NCBI GenBank assembly: GCA_947625535.1
Contig: CANQOR010000004.1
Coordinates: 307-64,306 of the forward strand
Source: an uncultured Bacilli bacterium
Lineage (GTDB): Bacteria > Bacillota_I > Bacilli_A > RF39 > UBA660
Length of the DNA stretch: 64,000 bases
Direction of reading: 5' to 3'
Shown here: in pieces, positions 38,125 through 48,549 of the stretch
Layout of the letters: each line of letters opens with the position of its first letter
Numbering within the stretch: position 1 is the stretch's first letter
Made by a program: the position numbers and the translations under genes
The notes under the pieces: generated by a model
Seen by the model: the letters and a program-made list of their open reading frames with translations, nothing else
Told to the model about the DNA's origin: nothing
Database searches by the model: none

Positions 38125-39485
38125 TGAATGAAAAAGTAATAATGCGTAATTTAGATCCAAATGAAAGATCTCATACCTTTGAAGAAGTAGCTTTAGGGTA
38201 CAATGATGAAGAAGCTTTAAAAGAAGCTAATCGTTGTTTACAATGTGTTAATCCTCGTTGTATGAAAGGATGTCCTGTTAATATAGAGATTCCTAAATTT
38301 ATTAAAGCTATTAAAGAAAAAAATTTAGAAGAAGCTTATAATATAATTTTAAATTCATCTAGTTTACCAGCTATATGTGGTCGCGTTTGCCCTCAAGAAA
38401 AACAATGTGAAAGTATGTGTGTTAAAGGTTTAAAAGGCGATGCTATAGCTATTGGTTCCCTAGAAAGATATGTTGCTGATTATGCACGTGAACACAAATT
38501 AAATAAAACTAATAGAAAACCTAAAATAGGTAAAAAAGTTGCTATTGTTGGTTCAGGACCAAGTGGTCTTACTTGTGCAGGACAATTACTAAAAGAGGGA
38601 ATAGATGTAACTATTTATGAATCCCTACATAAAGCTGGAGGAGTTTTAACTTATGGTATTCCTGAATTTCGTTTGCCGAAAAAAATAGTAGAAAGTGAAA
38701 TAGATAACTTAAAAGCAATGGGTGCTAGAATACTTCTAAATGTTGTAATAGGTAAAACGATAACTTTAAAAGAATTAGAAGATACTTATGATGCTGTCTA
38801 TATTGCTACAGGAGCAGGTTTACCAAAATTCTTAAATATTCCAAACGAAAATGCTAATGGCGTATTTTCAGCTAATGAAATATTAACTCGTATTAATTTA
38901 ATGAGTTCCTTCAAAGAAGATGCTAAAACCCCTATTAAAAAAGGTAATAAAGCTTTAGTAATTGGTGGTGGCAATGTCGCTATGGATGCTGCTCGTAGTT
39001 TAAAGAGAATAGGTTATGATGTAACAATAACATATCGTCGTACAATGGAAGAATTACCAGCTCGTAAAATGGAAATAGAACATGCTATTGAAGAAGGTAT
39101 TAAATTTAATCTTCTAAAAAATCCTAAAGAAGTATTAATTGATGAAAACTATAATGTAAAAGGTTTAAAAGTTGCTTTAATGGAACTTACTGATATAGAT
39201 GAAAGTGGTAGAAGAGGAGTTAAAGAACTTCCAAATGAGTACGAAGAAATACCATGTGATACAATAGTTGTTGCTTTAGGTACAATGCCTAATCCAATTG
39301 CGACTGAAAATAGTGATATTAAAACTGATTCTAAAGGTTTAATAATTACTGATGGAAGTCTTACAAATAATAGTCGTGTTTATGCTGGTGGTGACGCTGT
39401 TACTGGTTCAGCTACTGTTATTCTAGCTATGGAAGCTGGTTGCGAAGCAGCTTCTAAAATAATTTCTAGTATAAAAGAGCATTAA
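38124..39485 (+). CDS. NADPH-dependent glutamate synthase small-chain-like oxidoreductase (NfnB / SudA type)
   Basis: Two N-terminal Cys clusters (CLQCVNPRCMKGCP, CGRVCPQEKQCE) and two dinucleotide folds (VAIVGSGPSG, LVIGGGNVAMD). Confidence 0.85.
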   Translation: MNEKVIMRNLDPNERSHTFEEVALGYNDEEALKEANRCLQCVNPRCMKGCPVNIEIPKFIKAIKEKNLEEAYNIILNSSSLPAICGRVCPQEKQCESMCVKGLKGDAIAIGSLERYVADYAREHKLNKTNRKPKIGKKVAIVGSGPSGLTCAGQLLKEGIDVTIYESLHKAGGVLTYGIPEFRLPKKIVESEIDNLKAMGARILLNVVIGKTITLKELEDTYDAVYIATGAGLPKFLNIPNENANGVFSANEILTRINLMSSFKEDAKTPIKKGNKALVIGGGNVAMDAARSLKRIGYDVTITYRRTMEELPARKMEIEHAIEEGIKFNLLKNPKEVLIDENYNVKGLKVALMELTDIDESGRRGVKELPNEYEEIPCDTIVVALGTMPNPIATENSDIKTDSKGLIITDGSLTNNSRVYAGGDAVTGSATVILAMEAGCEAASKIISSIKEH

Positions 39486-39495
39486 GCTCTTTTTT
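39475..39495 (+). terminator. Terminator after the nfnB-like gene
   Basis: aagagc / gctctt stem overlapping the stop codon, then a T-run. Confidence 0.6.
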
Positions 39496-39560
39496 CTTGT
39501 TGATAAAATATACATTTATCAACAATATTCGGCAATATAAATTGTTATTCTTTTACTGAG

Positions 39561-39746
39561 GTGATAACTTTGAATGTCAAGTTATTTGATGAAAATCATG
39601 AAAAGGACCTAGAAAAGAGTATTAATGAATTTCTTAAAGACAACAATTGTGATATAATTGATATCAAGTATCAAGTGGCAATTGCAATGTTTGGCGAAGA
39701 ACAAATATATTGCTTTTCTGCGATGATTATATATGAAGAAAAATGA
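39561..39746 (+). CDS. cse60: Sporulation protein Cse60 (YteV) homologue
   Basis: VKLFDENHEKDLEKSINEFL ... EEQIYCFSAMIIY closely parallels B. subtilis Cse60 as recalled. Real start may be TTG at 39570 (SD gaggtg). Confidence 0.75.
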   Translation: MITLNVKLFDENHEKDLEKSINEFLKDNNCDIIDIKYQVAIAMFGEEQIYCFSAMIIYEEK

Positions 39747-39756
39747 GTGGTTAAAA

Positions 39757-41397
39757 ATGAAAAAAAGTTCATTTGTTGAAGGAACTATTATAGCAACCCT
39801 TTCAATTGTAATTACTAAAATATTAGGTATGTTTTATGTAATACCATTTTATGCCATAATTGGTGTTAAAGGTAGTGCCCTATATGCCTATGCTTATATG
39901 TTTTACAATATCTTTTTAGATATATCTACAGCTGGTTTACCTATAGCTGTAAGTAAAATAATAAATGAATATAATACCTTGGGTATGATGGATGCTAAAG
40001 CAAGAGCTTATAGCTTAGCTAAGAAAATAATGGGCTTTTTAGCTGTATCAATCTTTATTATTATGATTGTTTTTGCTCCTGTCTTAGCTAATACCTTAAT
40101 CGGTGATTTAAAAGGTGGTAATACGCCAGCTGATGTTACATTTGTTATCCGTTGTGTTGCATTTGCTATCTTAATTGTTCCTTTCCTAAGTGTTGAAAAA
40201 GGTTATTTACAAGGACATAAAATAATTAATATATCTAGTGGTAGCCAAGTTCTAGAACAAATAGTTAGAATTGCTATTTTACTAATTGGATCTTATTTAA
40301 TAATAAATGTTTTTGGTGGTTCAGTTACATTAGCAGTTGGTGTATCTGTTTTTGGTGCCTTTGTAGCTGGTTTTGTTGCTTATGCTTTTGTTAGATATCA
40401 AGTCGTCAAAAACAAAAAAGAACTTAATAACGATGGCAACTATGGTCTAGATGATATCAGTAATAAAGAAATAGTTAAAAAAATATTCAGTTATGCCATC
40501 CCATTTATCGTTATTAACATTGTTAATAGTTTATATAACTTTACAGATATGACATTAATCTTAAGAACAATGAACTACTTAAAACTAAGTGCTAATGATG
40601 TTGAATTCGTAACAAGTGCTATTATTACTTGGGCTCCTAAAATAAACATGATAATTGCTTCTATAGCTATGGGCATGACTACTAGTTTAATCCCTGCTAT
40701 GGTAGGAGCTTATACCTTAAAAAACTGGGACGATGTTAACAAAAAATTTAACCAAGCTATGCAAATATTATTATATTTATCAATTCCTATGACAGTTGGT
40801 ATATCTTTACTTAGTCAATCTATATGGAGTATTTTCTATGGTTATAATATAGCAGGTGGGTATATAGTAGCTTTAAGTATCTTTAATGGTTTATGTAATA
40901 ACATCTTCATGATTACATCAATAGCTTTACAAGGTTTAAATAAATTTAAAACTGTTTATATAACAACTATTACTGGTTTAGCATGTAATGCTCTTTTAGA
41001 TGTTCCATTAATGCTTTTATATCATAAAATAGGTATACCTCCATACTTAGGAGCAGTTACATCTAGTATTTTAGGATATACTATAAGTATTATAATTACT
41101 TTAACTTCTTTAAAAAGAGATTGTAAATTAAAATATAAAGAAACATTTATAGAACTATGTAAAATGGCAATTCCAACTATGTTAATGATTCTAGTTGTAG
41201 TTATCTTAAAAAACATTATTCCAATTAATTACTTAAGTAGAATGTCTTGTGTTATCTTTGTTGCTATTAATACAATTTTAGGAGCTATAGTTTACTTTGT
41301 TGTCTCTTATAAAATGGGTATTATAGAAAGAGTCTTTGGTAAAGATTATATCCACCATATAATAAAAAAACTTACCTTTGGTAAGATAAGTATTTAA
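39757..41397 (+). CDS. MOP-superfamily flippase (MurJ / SpoVB / YtgP-like)
   Basis: About 14 TM segments. N-terminus MKKSSFVEGTIIATLS.. typical of the SpoVB/YtgP family. ATG at 39757 has SD gagtgg; the ORF track starts at 39733. Confidence 0.8.
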   Translation: MKKSSFVEGTIIATLSIVITKILGMFYVIPFYAIIGVKGSALYAYAYMFYNIFLDISTAGLPIAVSKIINEYNTLGMMDAKARAYSLAKKIMGFLAVSIFIIMIVFAPVLANTLIGDLKGGNTPADVTFVIRCVAFAILIVPFLSVEKGYLQGHKIINISSGSQVLEQIVRIAILLIGSYLIINVFGGSVTLAVGVSVFGAFVAGFVAYAFVRYQVVKNKKELNNDGNYGLDDISNKEIVKKIFSYAIPFIVINIVNSLYNFTDMTLILRTMNYLKLSANDVEFVTSAIITWAPKINMIIASIAMGMTTSLIPAMVGAYTLKNWDDVNKKFNQAMQILLYLSIPMTVGISLLSQSIWSIFYGYNIAGGYIVALSIFNGLCNNIFMITSIALQGLNKFKTVYITTITGLACNALLDVPLMLLYHKIGIPPYLGAVTSSILGYTISIIITLTSLKRDCKLKYKETFIELCKMAIPTMLMILVVVILKNIIPINYLSRMSCVIFVAINTILGAIVYFVVSYKMGIIERVFGKDYIHHIIKKLTFGKISI

Positions 41398-41690
41398 AGC
41401 ATATACATGTTAGAATAATTATTCTCTGTTATTTCAGGTGTTTGATTATTAGTAAAATTATTTTCTAATTTAGAAAGACGATTATCTAAACGATTAATTT
41501 GTCTTTCTATTTTAGCTAAACGATTATCTATTTCATTAGACATTCCAATATCTGGTCCAGCATAAAAATTAGTATTAGTACTTGCTGCTTGATAAGGACC
41601 AAAATTATTAGGTATAGTTTGCATATTAGGTATGTAACTTGCTTGTTGGGCATTATAGTTAGTAAAGAAAGTATTACGATCTTTTCTCAT
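41394..41690 (-). CDS. Hypothetical protein: N/Q/Y/P-rich N-terminus plus short coiled coil
   Basis: NRLAKIERQINRLDNRLSKLENNF heptad segment. Its stop codon shares TTAA with the convergent flippase gene. Confidence 0.5.
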   Translation of the reverse strand: MRKDRNTFFTNYNAQQASYIPNMQTIPNNFGPYQAASTNTNFYAGPDIGMSNEIDNRLAKIERQINRLDNRLSKLENNFTNNQTPEITENNYSNMYML

Positions 41691-41746
41691 TATGAAGTCC
41701 TCCTTACTAAAAGTATATGTAATTTATTTTGAAAGGTTCGGTAAAA

Positions 41747-42379
41747 ATGAGACTTAGAAATGTAAAAAATGCTAAAGAAATAGTTAATAATAATTCATAT
41801 GTTATTAATGATCCTTATAAATATAAAAATAATTATAATAAAGAAATATTTAAAAATAATAATCCTATCCACTTAGAAATAGGAATGGGTAAGGGAAACT
41901 TTATTATTGATAAAGCTTTAAAAAATCCTCATATAAATTTTATTGGCTTAGAAAAATATGAAAGTGTCTTATGTCGTGCTTTAGAAAAATTAGATAATTT
42001 AGATTTACCTAATCTTCGTCTTATTAGAGAAGATGCTCTTAATCTAGCTGACATCTTTAATCATGAAATAGATACTATTTATCTAAATTTTAGTGATCCT
42101 TGGCCTAAGAAAAGACATGCTAAAAGAAGATTAACTTCTTATGTTTTCTTACCAATATATGATCAAATATTTAAAGGCAAAAAAACTATTATTCAAAAAA
42201 CAGATAATATTCCTTTATTTGAAAGTTCTATAGTTAGTTTAAGTACTTATGGTTATACTATCGAAGAAATATCTTTAGATTTAGAAAGTACTGGTATGGA
42301 AAATTCCTTAACTGAATATGAAAGTAAATTTATGTCTGAAGGAATTAAGATAAATTACTTAAAAGCTACTAAAAAATAA
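41747..42379 (+). CDS. trmB: tRNA (guanine-N7)-methyltransferase TrmB, canonical copy
   Basis: HLEIGMGKGNF, FSDPWPKKRHAKRRL, TEYESKF. ATG at 41747 (MRLRNVKNA) preferred over TTG at 41729. Confidence 0.9.
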   Translation: MRLRNVKNAKEIVNNNSYVINDPYKYKNNYNKEIFKNNNPIHLEIGMGKGNFIIDKALKNPHINFIGLEKYESVLCRALEKLDNLDLPNLRLIREDALNLADIFNHEIDTIYLNFSDPWPKKRHAKRRLTSYVFLPIYDQIFKGKKTIIQKTDNIPLFESSIVSLSTYGYTIEEISLDLESTGMENSLTEYESKFMSEGIKINYLKATKK

Positions 42380-42434
42380 TATTTAAATTTAATACTATAA
42401 ATGTTATAATATATACGTAGAAGTAGGAGGTATT

Positions 42435-43082
42435 ATGAAAAAGAAATTTGTCTTACTTTCTGTTTTTATCTGCATTTTCTTATGTGGATGTAAACCTGTC
42501 CAAGAAATGTCCATTGATGATATAGTTAAAAATGGTATTGAACGTAATATATCTATCTATAATAAATATCGTCAAGGTTATAAATATAATTTACCTAAAG
42601 GTATTGATGTATCTGATAATTCAGAATATAATGAAATACTTTCTAGTAAAGATTATGTCTATTATTTATATATTGATGCTGTTAGTTATTATAACAAAAT
42701 AATTGAGACATATTCTGAAAATAAAAGTGCTTATTATTCTAAAGCTTTAAACTATGAAGATAAGTATGGTTATATAGAAATTAATGAATTAAAAAATGGT
42801 AAGTATTTTATTGAAATTATGTATAATTATGCTAAAATAGAGGTAATGGTAAAAGAAAAGGATATTAATGTAACAATTGCTAATGCTCTAAGTATTTTAT
42901 CATCAGTACAATTTAATACTAATGTACTAAAAACTATACTAGATGAAGAATCTTCACAATTTAAAGAACTTGATTTTAACATCTTTGAACCTAATATTAC
43001 AGATGATAGTGAATTCATGCAAACTATCGATGATTATTATGAAGAAGATGACGAAATTCACGATGCAGATTTAATAAATTAA
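42435..43082 (+). CDS. Lipoprotein, unknown function
   Basis: Signal peptide with lipobox FLCGC. Acidic C-terminus. Confidence 0.7.
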   Translation: MKKKFVLLSVFICIFLCGCKPVQEMSIDDIVKNGIERNISIYNKYRQGYKYNLPKGIDVSDNSEYNEILSSKDYVYYLYIDAVSYYNKIIETYSENKSAYYSKALNYEDKYGYIEINELKNGKYFIEIMYNYAKIEVMVKEKDINVTIANALSILSSVQFNTNVLKTILDEESSQFKELDFNIFEPNITDDSEFMQTIDDYYEEDDEIHDADLIN

Positions 43083-43095
43083 GGCGGTGTTATAG

Positions 43096-44313
43096 ATGGG
43101 ATTATTTGATAAAATTAAAAATATTTTATTTGAAGAAGACGATGAAGTAGAACAAATGCCAGTCTATACTAAAGAAAACACTATGGAAGAACCAGAAACG
43201 GCTCAAGAAAATAATGTATCTTTTGTAGAAGAACCAATAAAATCTACAGATAATTCTCATTTTAATAATGTAAAAAGAGATATTGATTTTAGTTTTGGTG
43301 ATGACGATGTTTTAGGTGAAGTCCTAAACGGAGGAACTGATGCTTTCAAAGATGAAAACAAAAAAGAAGAAACACCTGTTACTGAAACTGTTGTAACTGT
43401 TCAAAAAGAAGAAAAGAAATCAATTTTTCCTTCTTTTGATGAAGCAGAATTTGAAAGATTAAATTCACGTATTAATCGTAATGAAAATAAAATAAAGAGA
43501 GAAGCAACTGAAAATCCAACACCACAAGTTGAAGCTCGAAAAGCTAATAACAACTTTTCATCTATTGGTGCTCAAACTAATAAAAATGCTATTGATCCAG
43601 ATCGTTACAAAATAAAAGAATCAACTACTCGTAAACCATTTACACCATCTCCAGTTATATCACCAGTTTATGGTATATTAGATAAAAACTATCGTAAAGA
43701 TGAAATAGTTGATAAGAAAAACGGTTTAAAAAGAGAAAAAATAGTTAAATCAGTTGCTGAATATGGTGAAAAAAAAGAAGTAATTGATGTTCAAAAAGAA
43801 GATTTACCTAAAGAAGATAATTCTATTGTAGATATTGATTCTGTTAGAAAAAAAGCTTATGGTGAATTAGAAAATATTGAAAAACAAGCAACTATAGAAA
43901 AAAATAATAAAAAGAATGAACCACCTAAAGAAGAAATAAAAGAAGAAATAAAACCTTCTAAACCAGAACCAAGTATTGAAGAACAACTAGATGATAAAGA
44001 ATTTGAAGTAACTAATGTTATTGATGTTAATGAAGAACCTGAAGTTATTGATAAAAAACTAAATAATGCAACTCATACAAAAGAAGAAAAAACAAAACCT
44101 CAAGCAATGGATGAAATGGAAAAAACTAGTACTTTACAAATCTTAGATGATATTGAAAAAGAATTAAATTCTATTAAACCAATGACTGAAGAGGAAACTA
44201 TTAAAGAAGATGAAGAAATCAAAGATCACTTAGAAAGAAGTGATACTCTAGAAAATGATTTATTTAATTTAATAGATTCAATGTATGAAGGAGAGGAGGA
44301 AGAAGATGATTAG
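43096..44313 (+). CDS. Highly acidic E/K-rich protein with N-terminal amphipathic helix
   Basis: MGLFDKIKNILFEEDD start, SPVISPVYGILDK motif, low-complexity E/K-rich remainder. Confidence 0.6.
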   Translation: MGLFDKIKNILFEEDDEVEQMPVYTKENTMEEPETAQENNVSFVEEPIKSTDNSHFNNVKRDIDFSFGDDDVLGEVLNGGTDAFKDENKKEETPVTETVVTVQKEEKKSIFPSFDEAEFERLNSRINRNENKIKREATENPTPQVEARKANNNFSSIGAQTNKNAIDPDRYKIKESTTRKPFTPSPVISPVYGILDKNYRKDEIVDKKNGLKREKIVKSVAEYGEKKEVIDVQKEDLPKEDNSIVDIDSVRKKAYGELENIEKQATIEKNNKKNEPPKEEIKEEIKPSKPEPSIEEQLDDKEFEVTNVIDVNEEPEVIDKKLNNATHTKEEKTKPQAMDEMEKTSTLQILDDIEKELNSIKPMTEEETIKEDEEIKDHLERSDTLENDLFNLIDSMYEGEEEEDD

Positions 44314-44599
44314 TTTTCTACAAACATTTTTACCTATAGTAATTTATTTTTTACTAATAATTTTACTTATAGTAGGCATAATATTAGGTGTAAGATCTAT
44401 TCAAACATTAAATAAAATTGATAAGGTTGTAGATGATGTTAATGATAAAGTTCAAACTTTAAATGGCTTCTTTAACTTAATTGATTTTACAACTGATAAA
44501 ATTGTTTCAATTACTGATCGTGTAGTTGACGGTGTTAGTGGTCTTATAGGACGTGTCTTTAAACATAGACATAAAAAAAGTGACGAAGAGGAGGAATAA
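44306..44599 (+). CDS. DUF948 / YtxG-like membrane-anchored protein
   Basis: ATG at 44306 behind ggagaggagg. N-terminal TM then a helical domain. Precedes a YtxH-like gene, as in the B. subtilis ytxGH operon. Confidence 0.65.
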   Translation: MISFLQTFLPIVIYFLLIILLIVGIILGVRSIQTLNKIDKVVDDVNDKVQTLNGFFNLIDFTTDKIVSITDRVVDGVSGLIGRVFKHRHKKSDEEEE

Positions 44600-44601
44600 A
44601 A

Positions 44602-45039
44602 ATGAGTAAAGAAAAAGAAAAAAGTGGCTTCGGTAAATTCTTAGCTGGTGCTGCTGTTGGTATTGGATTAGGAGTTCTATTTGCTCCAAAATCTGGTAAA
44701 GAAACTAGAAAAGAACTTAAAGAAAAATTTGATGAAATGGTTAAAAAAGTCAAAGAAATTGATTTACAGGAAGTAAGAGAATCATTATTAAAGAAAATTG
44801 ATGATATCAAAAAAGAATTAGCTGATTTAGATAAAGAAAAAGTAATGTCTATTGCTAAAGAAAAAGCTGAAAATATTAAGAAAAAACTTGATGAACTTAC
44901 TAAAGAAGCTAAAGAAAAAGCTACTCCTGTAGTTCAAAAAGCTGTAGATGACTTAAGAGAAAAAACTATTGAAGTTTTAAAAGATACAGTTAAGAAATTA
45001 GAAGGATCAAAAGAACCTAAAAAAGCTTTAAAAAATTAA
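44602..45039 (+). CDS. YtxH-like general stress protein
   Basis: GKFLAGAAVGIGLGVLFAPKSGKETRKEL N-terminus typical of YtxH, followed by a K/E-rich helix. Confidence 0.8.
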   Translation: MSKEKEKSGFGKFLAGAAVGIGLGVLFAPKSGKETRKELKEKFDEMVKKVKEIDLQEVRESLLKKIDDIKKELADLDKEKVMSIAKEKAENIKKKLDELTKEAKEKATPVVQKAVDDLREKTIEVLKDTVKKLEGSKEPKKALKN

Positions 45040-45050
45040 TAAATAGTAAA

Positions 45051-45077
45051 ATAATCCAAAAATTGGATTATTTTTTT
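45051..45077 (+). terminator. Terminator after the ytxH-like gene
   Basis: ataatccaa / ttggattat stem plus T7. Confidence 0.75.
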
Positions 45078-45151
45078 GTTTAATTATTTTTTTATTATTG
45101 ATAAATATTCCCGTAAATGGTATTATTATTATTAGATAAGGATAGATTAAT

Positions 45152-47086
45152 ATGACAAAGAAGAGTTTAAAATTTTATATATTGATTATAATACTATTCT
45201 TTTTAGGATTAACGTATACTAATGCTGCAACAGCTAGTGCTACAGTAAACAGAGACCTTGTTAAAATAACATATTCTCAAACTGTTTCTGATAACCGTTT
45301 ATCATTTTATTATGGTACAGATAGTTCTCAAAATAAAAGTACTAATGTCTTAAATACAGGAATGGCTATTAAAACAACAAATACTGCTCAAATAAGTTTA
45401 AAAAATGGAAAATATTACTTTTGGGTATTTAATTCTATAGGTGGTTCATATACACCAGCTTATCCACGTCCAGTAGTAGTAGATCAATCTTGTACAAACG
45501 AAAAAAGAGAAGGAGTAACAGGTACATTTACAATACAACGTTGTTTTATTCTATCAGATACAAAAGTTGAAGGAGATACCCAAAACTTAACTTCAGATGG
45601 TAAATTCTTAACTTGTGCTTCTGGTTATAAAATTCAAAATACTAAAATAACAACAGATACTTGTAATAAGAGTAGTACTCCACTTGGAGCATTTAATAAA
45701 CGTTACTGTAAGAGAGTATATACAGGAAGTTGTGTAAAAGATGGCTCTTCTAGTGAAAATCCTCCATCCGTACCAGCTCCATCTCTAACATCTTTATCAG
45801 TAAGTTCTGGTAAATTATCTCCAACATTTAAAAGTGGAACTAAAAATTATACTGTATCAGTTGCATCTAATGTAACATCTGTTAAAATAAATGCTACTGC
45901 TGCTAGTGGTTCATCATTTGTTAAAAACTATGGACCTCGTACAGTTTCCTTAGATATTGGAAGTAATACATATAGTATTAAAGTAAAAAACTCTGCTGGT
46001 AAAACAGTAACATATAAAATAACTATTAAAAGAGCTGATAATCGTAGCAATGTTAATACATTATCTAACTTAACAGTTAGTGCTGGTACGCTAAATCCAG
46101 CTTTCTCAAGTACTATAACTAATTATACAGTTAATGTTGCTCGTGATGTTGAAAGTCTTACTATTGGAGCAACGCTTACTGACTCAACATCATCATTCGT
46201 AAGTGGTTTTGGACCTCGTACAGTAACCTTAACAGAAGGAACAAATAAAGCTTACATAAAAGTAAAAAGTCAAAAAGGTGAAACTAACGTTTATAACTTA
46301 ACTATTATAAGAGAAAGTACACCATCAAAATGTACAACTGAAACAGCTGGTCTAGCTTTACTAAAAAATATTGAATTAACATCTGATGCTTTAAATGTTC
46401 AAATTGATCAAATACCTAACTTTGATAAAAATGTCTTTACATATAGTGATATCAAAGTCGATAACTTAGTAACAGATTTAAAAATTAATGCTTATGTTGA
46501 AACTGAAGGTGATACTGTTACTATTGAAGGTAATGAAGAACTAGAAGTAAACGTCAGTCGTGAAATAAAAATTACTGTTACTAGTAAAGAATGTCCTAAC
46601 TATTCAAATGTTTATACTTTAAATGTTACAAGACAAGAAAAAGTTGAACTAAGTCAAAATGCTGAATTAGGTGACCTTAAAGTATCAGGTAAAAAACCAT
46701 ATGATATTACATTTGAACCTAATATTCGTAACTATGACATAATCTTAAAGAAAGGTGATACAACTTTAACAGTTGAAGCTACTGGTGCTGAACCTAGTAC
46801 GGAATGTGATGTTAATGGTAACGAAGACTTAAAGAAAGGTTCAGAAATATCAATTGTCTGTGTTGCTGAAGACAAAAAAACAACCGAAAATTATACAATA
46901 ACCATTAAAGGTGTTGAAAAAGGAACTAATTTATTCCTGATAATAATCGTAGTAATCATTATCATAATCTTATTAATTTACTTAATCTTAAGATTACTAG
47001 GATATAAGATATACTTTAATTTCGGTGTTATAGGTGCTTTCTTTAGAGGCATCGGCGAAAAGATAAATGGCATATTTGACAAATAA
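45152..47086 (+). CDS. Surface protein with Cys-rich N-domain, four cadherin-like beta-sandwich repeats and C-terminal TM anchor
   Basis: Signal peptide (YTNA/AT). Repeats of the type L.SL.VS.G.L.P.F...NYTV.V. C-terminal LFLIIIVVIIIIILLIYLIL. Confidence 0.75.
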   Translation: MTKKSLKFYILIIILFFLGLTYTNAATASATVNRDLVKITYSQTVSDNRLSFYYGTDSSQNKSTNVLNTGMAIKTTNTAQISLKNGKYYFWVFNSIGGSYTPAYPRPVVVDQSCTNEKREGVTGTFTIQRCFILSDTKVEGDTQNLTSDGKFLTCASGYKIQNTKITTDTCNKSSTPLGAFNKRYCKRVYTGSCVKDGSSSENPPSVPAPSLTSLSVSSGKLSPTFKSGTKNYTVSVASNVTSVKINATAASGSSFVKNYGPRTVSLDIGSNTYSIKVKNSAGKTVTYKITIKRADNRSNVNTLSNLTVSAGTLNPAFSSTITNYTVNVARDVESLTIGATLTDSTSSFVSGFGPRTVTLTEGTNKAYIKVKSQKGETNVYNLTIIRESTPSKCTTETAGLALLKNIELTSDALNVQIDQIPNFDKNVFTYSDIKVDNLVTDLKINAYVETEGDTVTIEGNEELEVNVSREIKITVTSKECPNYSNVYTLNVTRQEKVELSQNAELGDLKVSGKKPYDITFEPNIRNYDIILKKGDTTLTVEATGAEPSTECDVNGNEDLKKGSEISIVCVAEDKKTTENYTITIKGVEKGTNLFLIIIVVIIIIILLIYLILRLLGYKIYFNFGVIGAFFRGIGEKINGIFDK

Positions 47087-47239
47087 AAATAAAATGCTAT
47101 AATTTAGATTAATTAGCGAAGAAAGAATTTACGACTCTGGAGCTAAAACGTTACTCGCGTTAAGAGATAAAGTGTATGATAAAGTTCATAAACTAAGGTG
47201 GTACCGCGCAATTGCGTCCTTAGATTTATGAACTTTTTT
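47076..47239 (+). promoter_or_regulatory. Compact T-box leader upstream of tyrS
   Basis: -35 TTGACA 47076-47081, 16-nt spacer, -10 TATAAT 47098-47103. T-box aaggtggtaccgcg 47195-47208. Long terminator helix gttcataaactaagg...ccttagatttatgaac plus T6 (47184-47239). Candidate TAC specifier at 47152-47154. Confidence 0.8.
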
Positions 47240-47259
47240 ATTTTAGAAAGAGGGATAAT

Positions 47260-48495
47260 ATGAAAAAAATGACATTATATGAAGAACTACAATGGCGTGG
47301 TTTAGTTCAAGATATTAGTAATCCAGAACTAATAGATAAATTAAACAAAGGAGGATTAACCTTTTATATAGGAACAGATCCAACTGCTGATTCAATGCAC
47401 ATTGGTCATTATTCATCATTTTTAATTAGTAAACGTCTAGCTAAAGCCGGTCATCATCCAATCCTTTTAGTAGGTGGAGCAACTGGTTTAATAGGAGACC
47501 CAAAACCTAATGCTGAAAGACCAATGATTACTAAAGAAGAAGTAGAACATAATATTGCTGGTTTAAAAAAACAAGCTGAAGACATCTTTGGTTTTGAAGT
47601 AGTTAATAACTATGAATGGACTAAAGATATAAATGTTTTAGATTTCTTAAGAGACTATGGTAAATTCTTTAACATCAATTACATGCTTGCTAAAGATAAA
47701 GTAAAAAGTCGTTTAGAATCAGGTATTACTTATGCCGAATTTAGTTACATGATCTTACAAGCTTTAGACTTCCTATACTTATTTGAACATCGTAATTGTA
47801 TTTTACAAGTTGCTGGTTCCGATCAATGGGGCAATATAACATCTGGTATAGAATTAATTCGTAAAAAACTAGATAAAGAAGCTTATGGTATGGTAATGCC
47901 ATTAGTTACTGATTCACAAGGTAAAAAATTTGGTAAAACTGAAGGTAATGCCTTATGGTTAGATAAAAATAAAACATCTAGTTATGAACTATATCAGTAC
48001 TGTATTGGTTTAGAAGATTCAATGATTATTACATACCTTAAAATGCTTACTTTCTTAACTCCAGAAGAAATAATGAATATTGAAAAAGAACATATGGCTG
48101 CTCCAGAAAAACACCTTGCCCAAAAAGCCCTTGCTAAAGAAATTATTACTGATTTACATGGTGCTGAAGAATACAATAAAGCTGAACAAATTAGTAATGC
48201 TTTATTTAGTGGTGATATAACTGGTTTATCAGCTAAAGATATAATGTTAGGTATGAAATTAGTTCCATCTATTAACTTAGAAGGACCTATTAAATTACTT
48301 GATTTACTAGTTGATAATGGTATTTGTACTTCAAGAAGAGAAGCTCGAGAAATGCTTACTAGTAATGCTATTTCTATTAATAATGAAAAATATACTGATG
48401 AAAATGCTCTTATTGATCAAAGTATAGCTATAGATAATAAAGTAATTGTTATTAGAAAAGGTAAGAAAAAACAATTCCTAGGTATCTTTAAATAA
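47260..48495 (+). CDS. tyrS: Tyrosine--tRNA ligase
   Basis: SMHIGHYSS (HIGH), KFGKT (KMSKS), C-terminal S4-like domain. Confidence 0.95.
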   Translation: MKKMTLYEELQWRGLVQDISNPELIDKLNKGGLTFYIGTDPTADSMHIGHYSSFLISKRLAKAGHHPILLVGGATGLIGDPKPNAERPMITKEEVEHNIAGLKKQAEDIFGFEVVNNYEWTKDINVLDFLRDYGKFFNINYMLAKDKVKSRLESGITYAEFSYMILQALDFLYLFEHRNCILQVAGSDQWGNITSGIELIRKKLDKEAYGMVMPLVTDSQGKKFGKTEGNALWLDKNKTSSYELYQYCIGLEDSMIITYLKMLTFLTPEEIMNIEKEHMAAPEKHLAQKALAKEIITDLHGAEEYNKAEQISNALFSGDITGLSAKDIMLGMKLVPSINLEGPIKLLDLLVDNGICTSRREAREMLTSNAISINNEKYTDENALIDQSIAIDNKVIVIRKGKKKQFLGIFK

Positions 48496-48549
48496 GAAAA
48501 TAACCAACAAAAACTCCTTATCATAAAATATTATGAAAGGAGTTTTATT

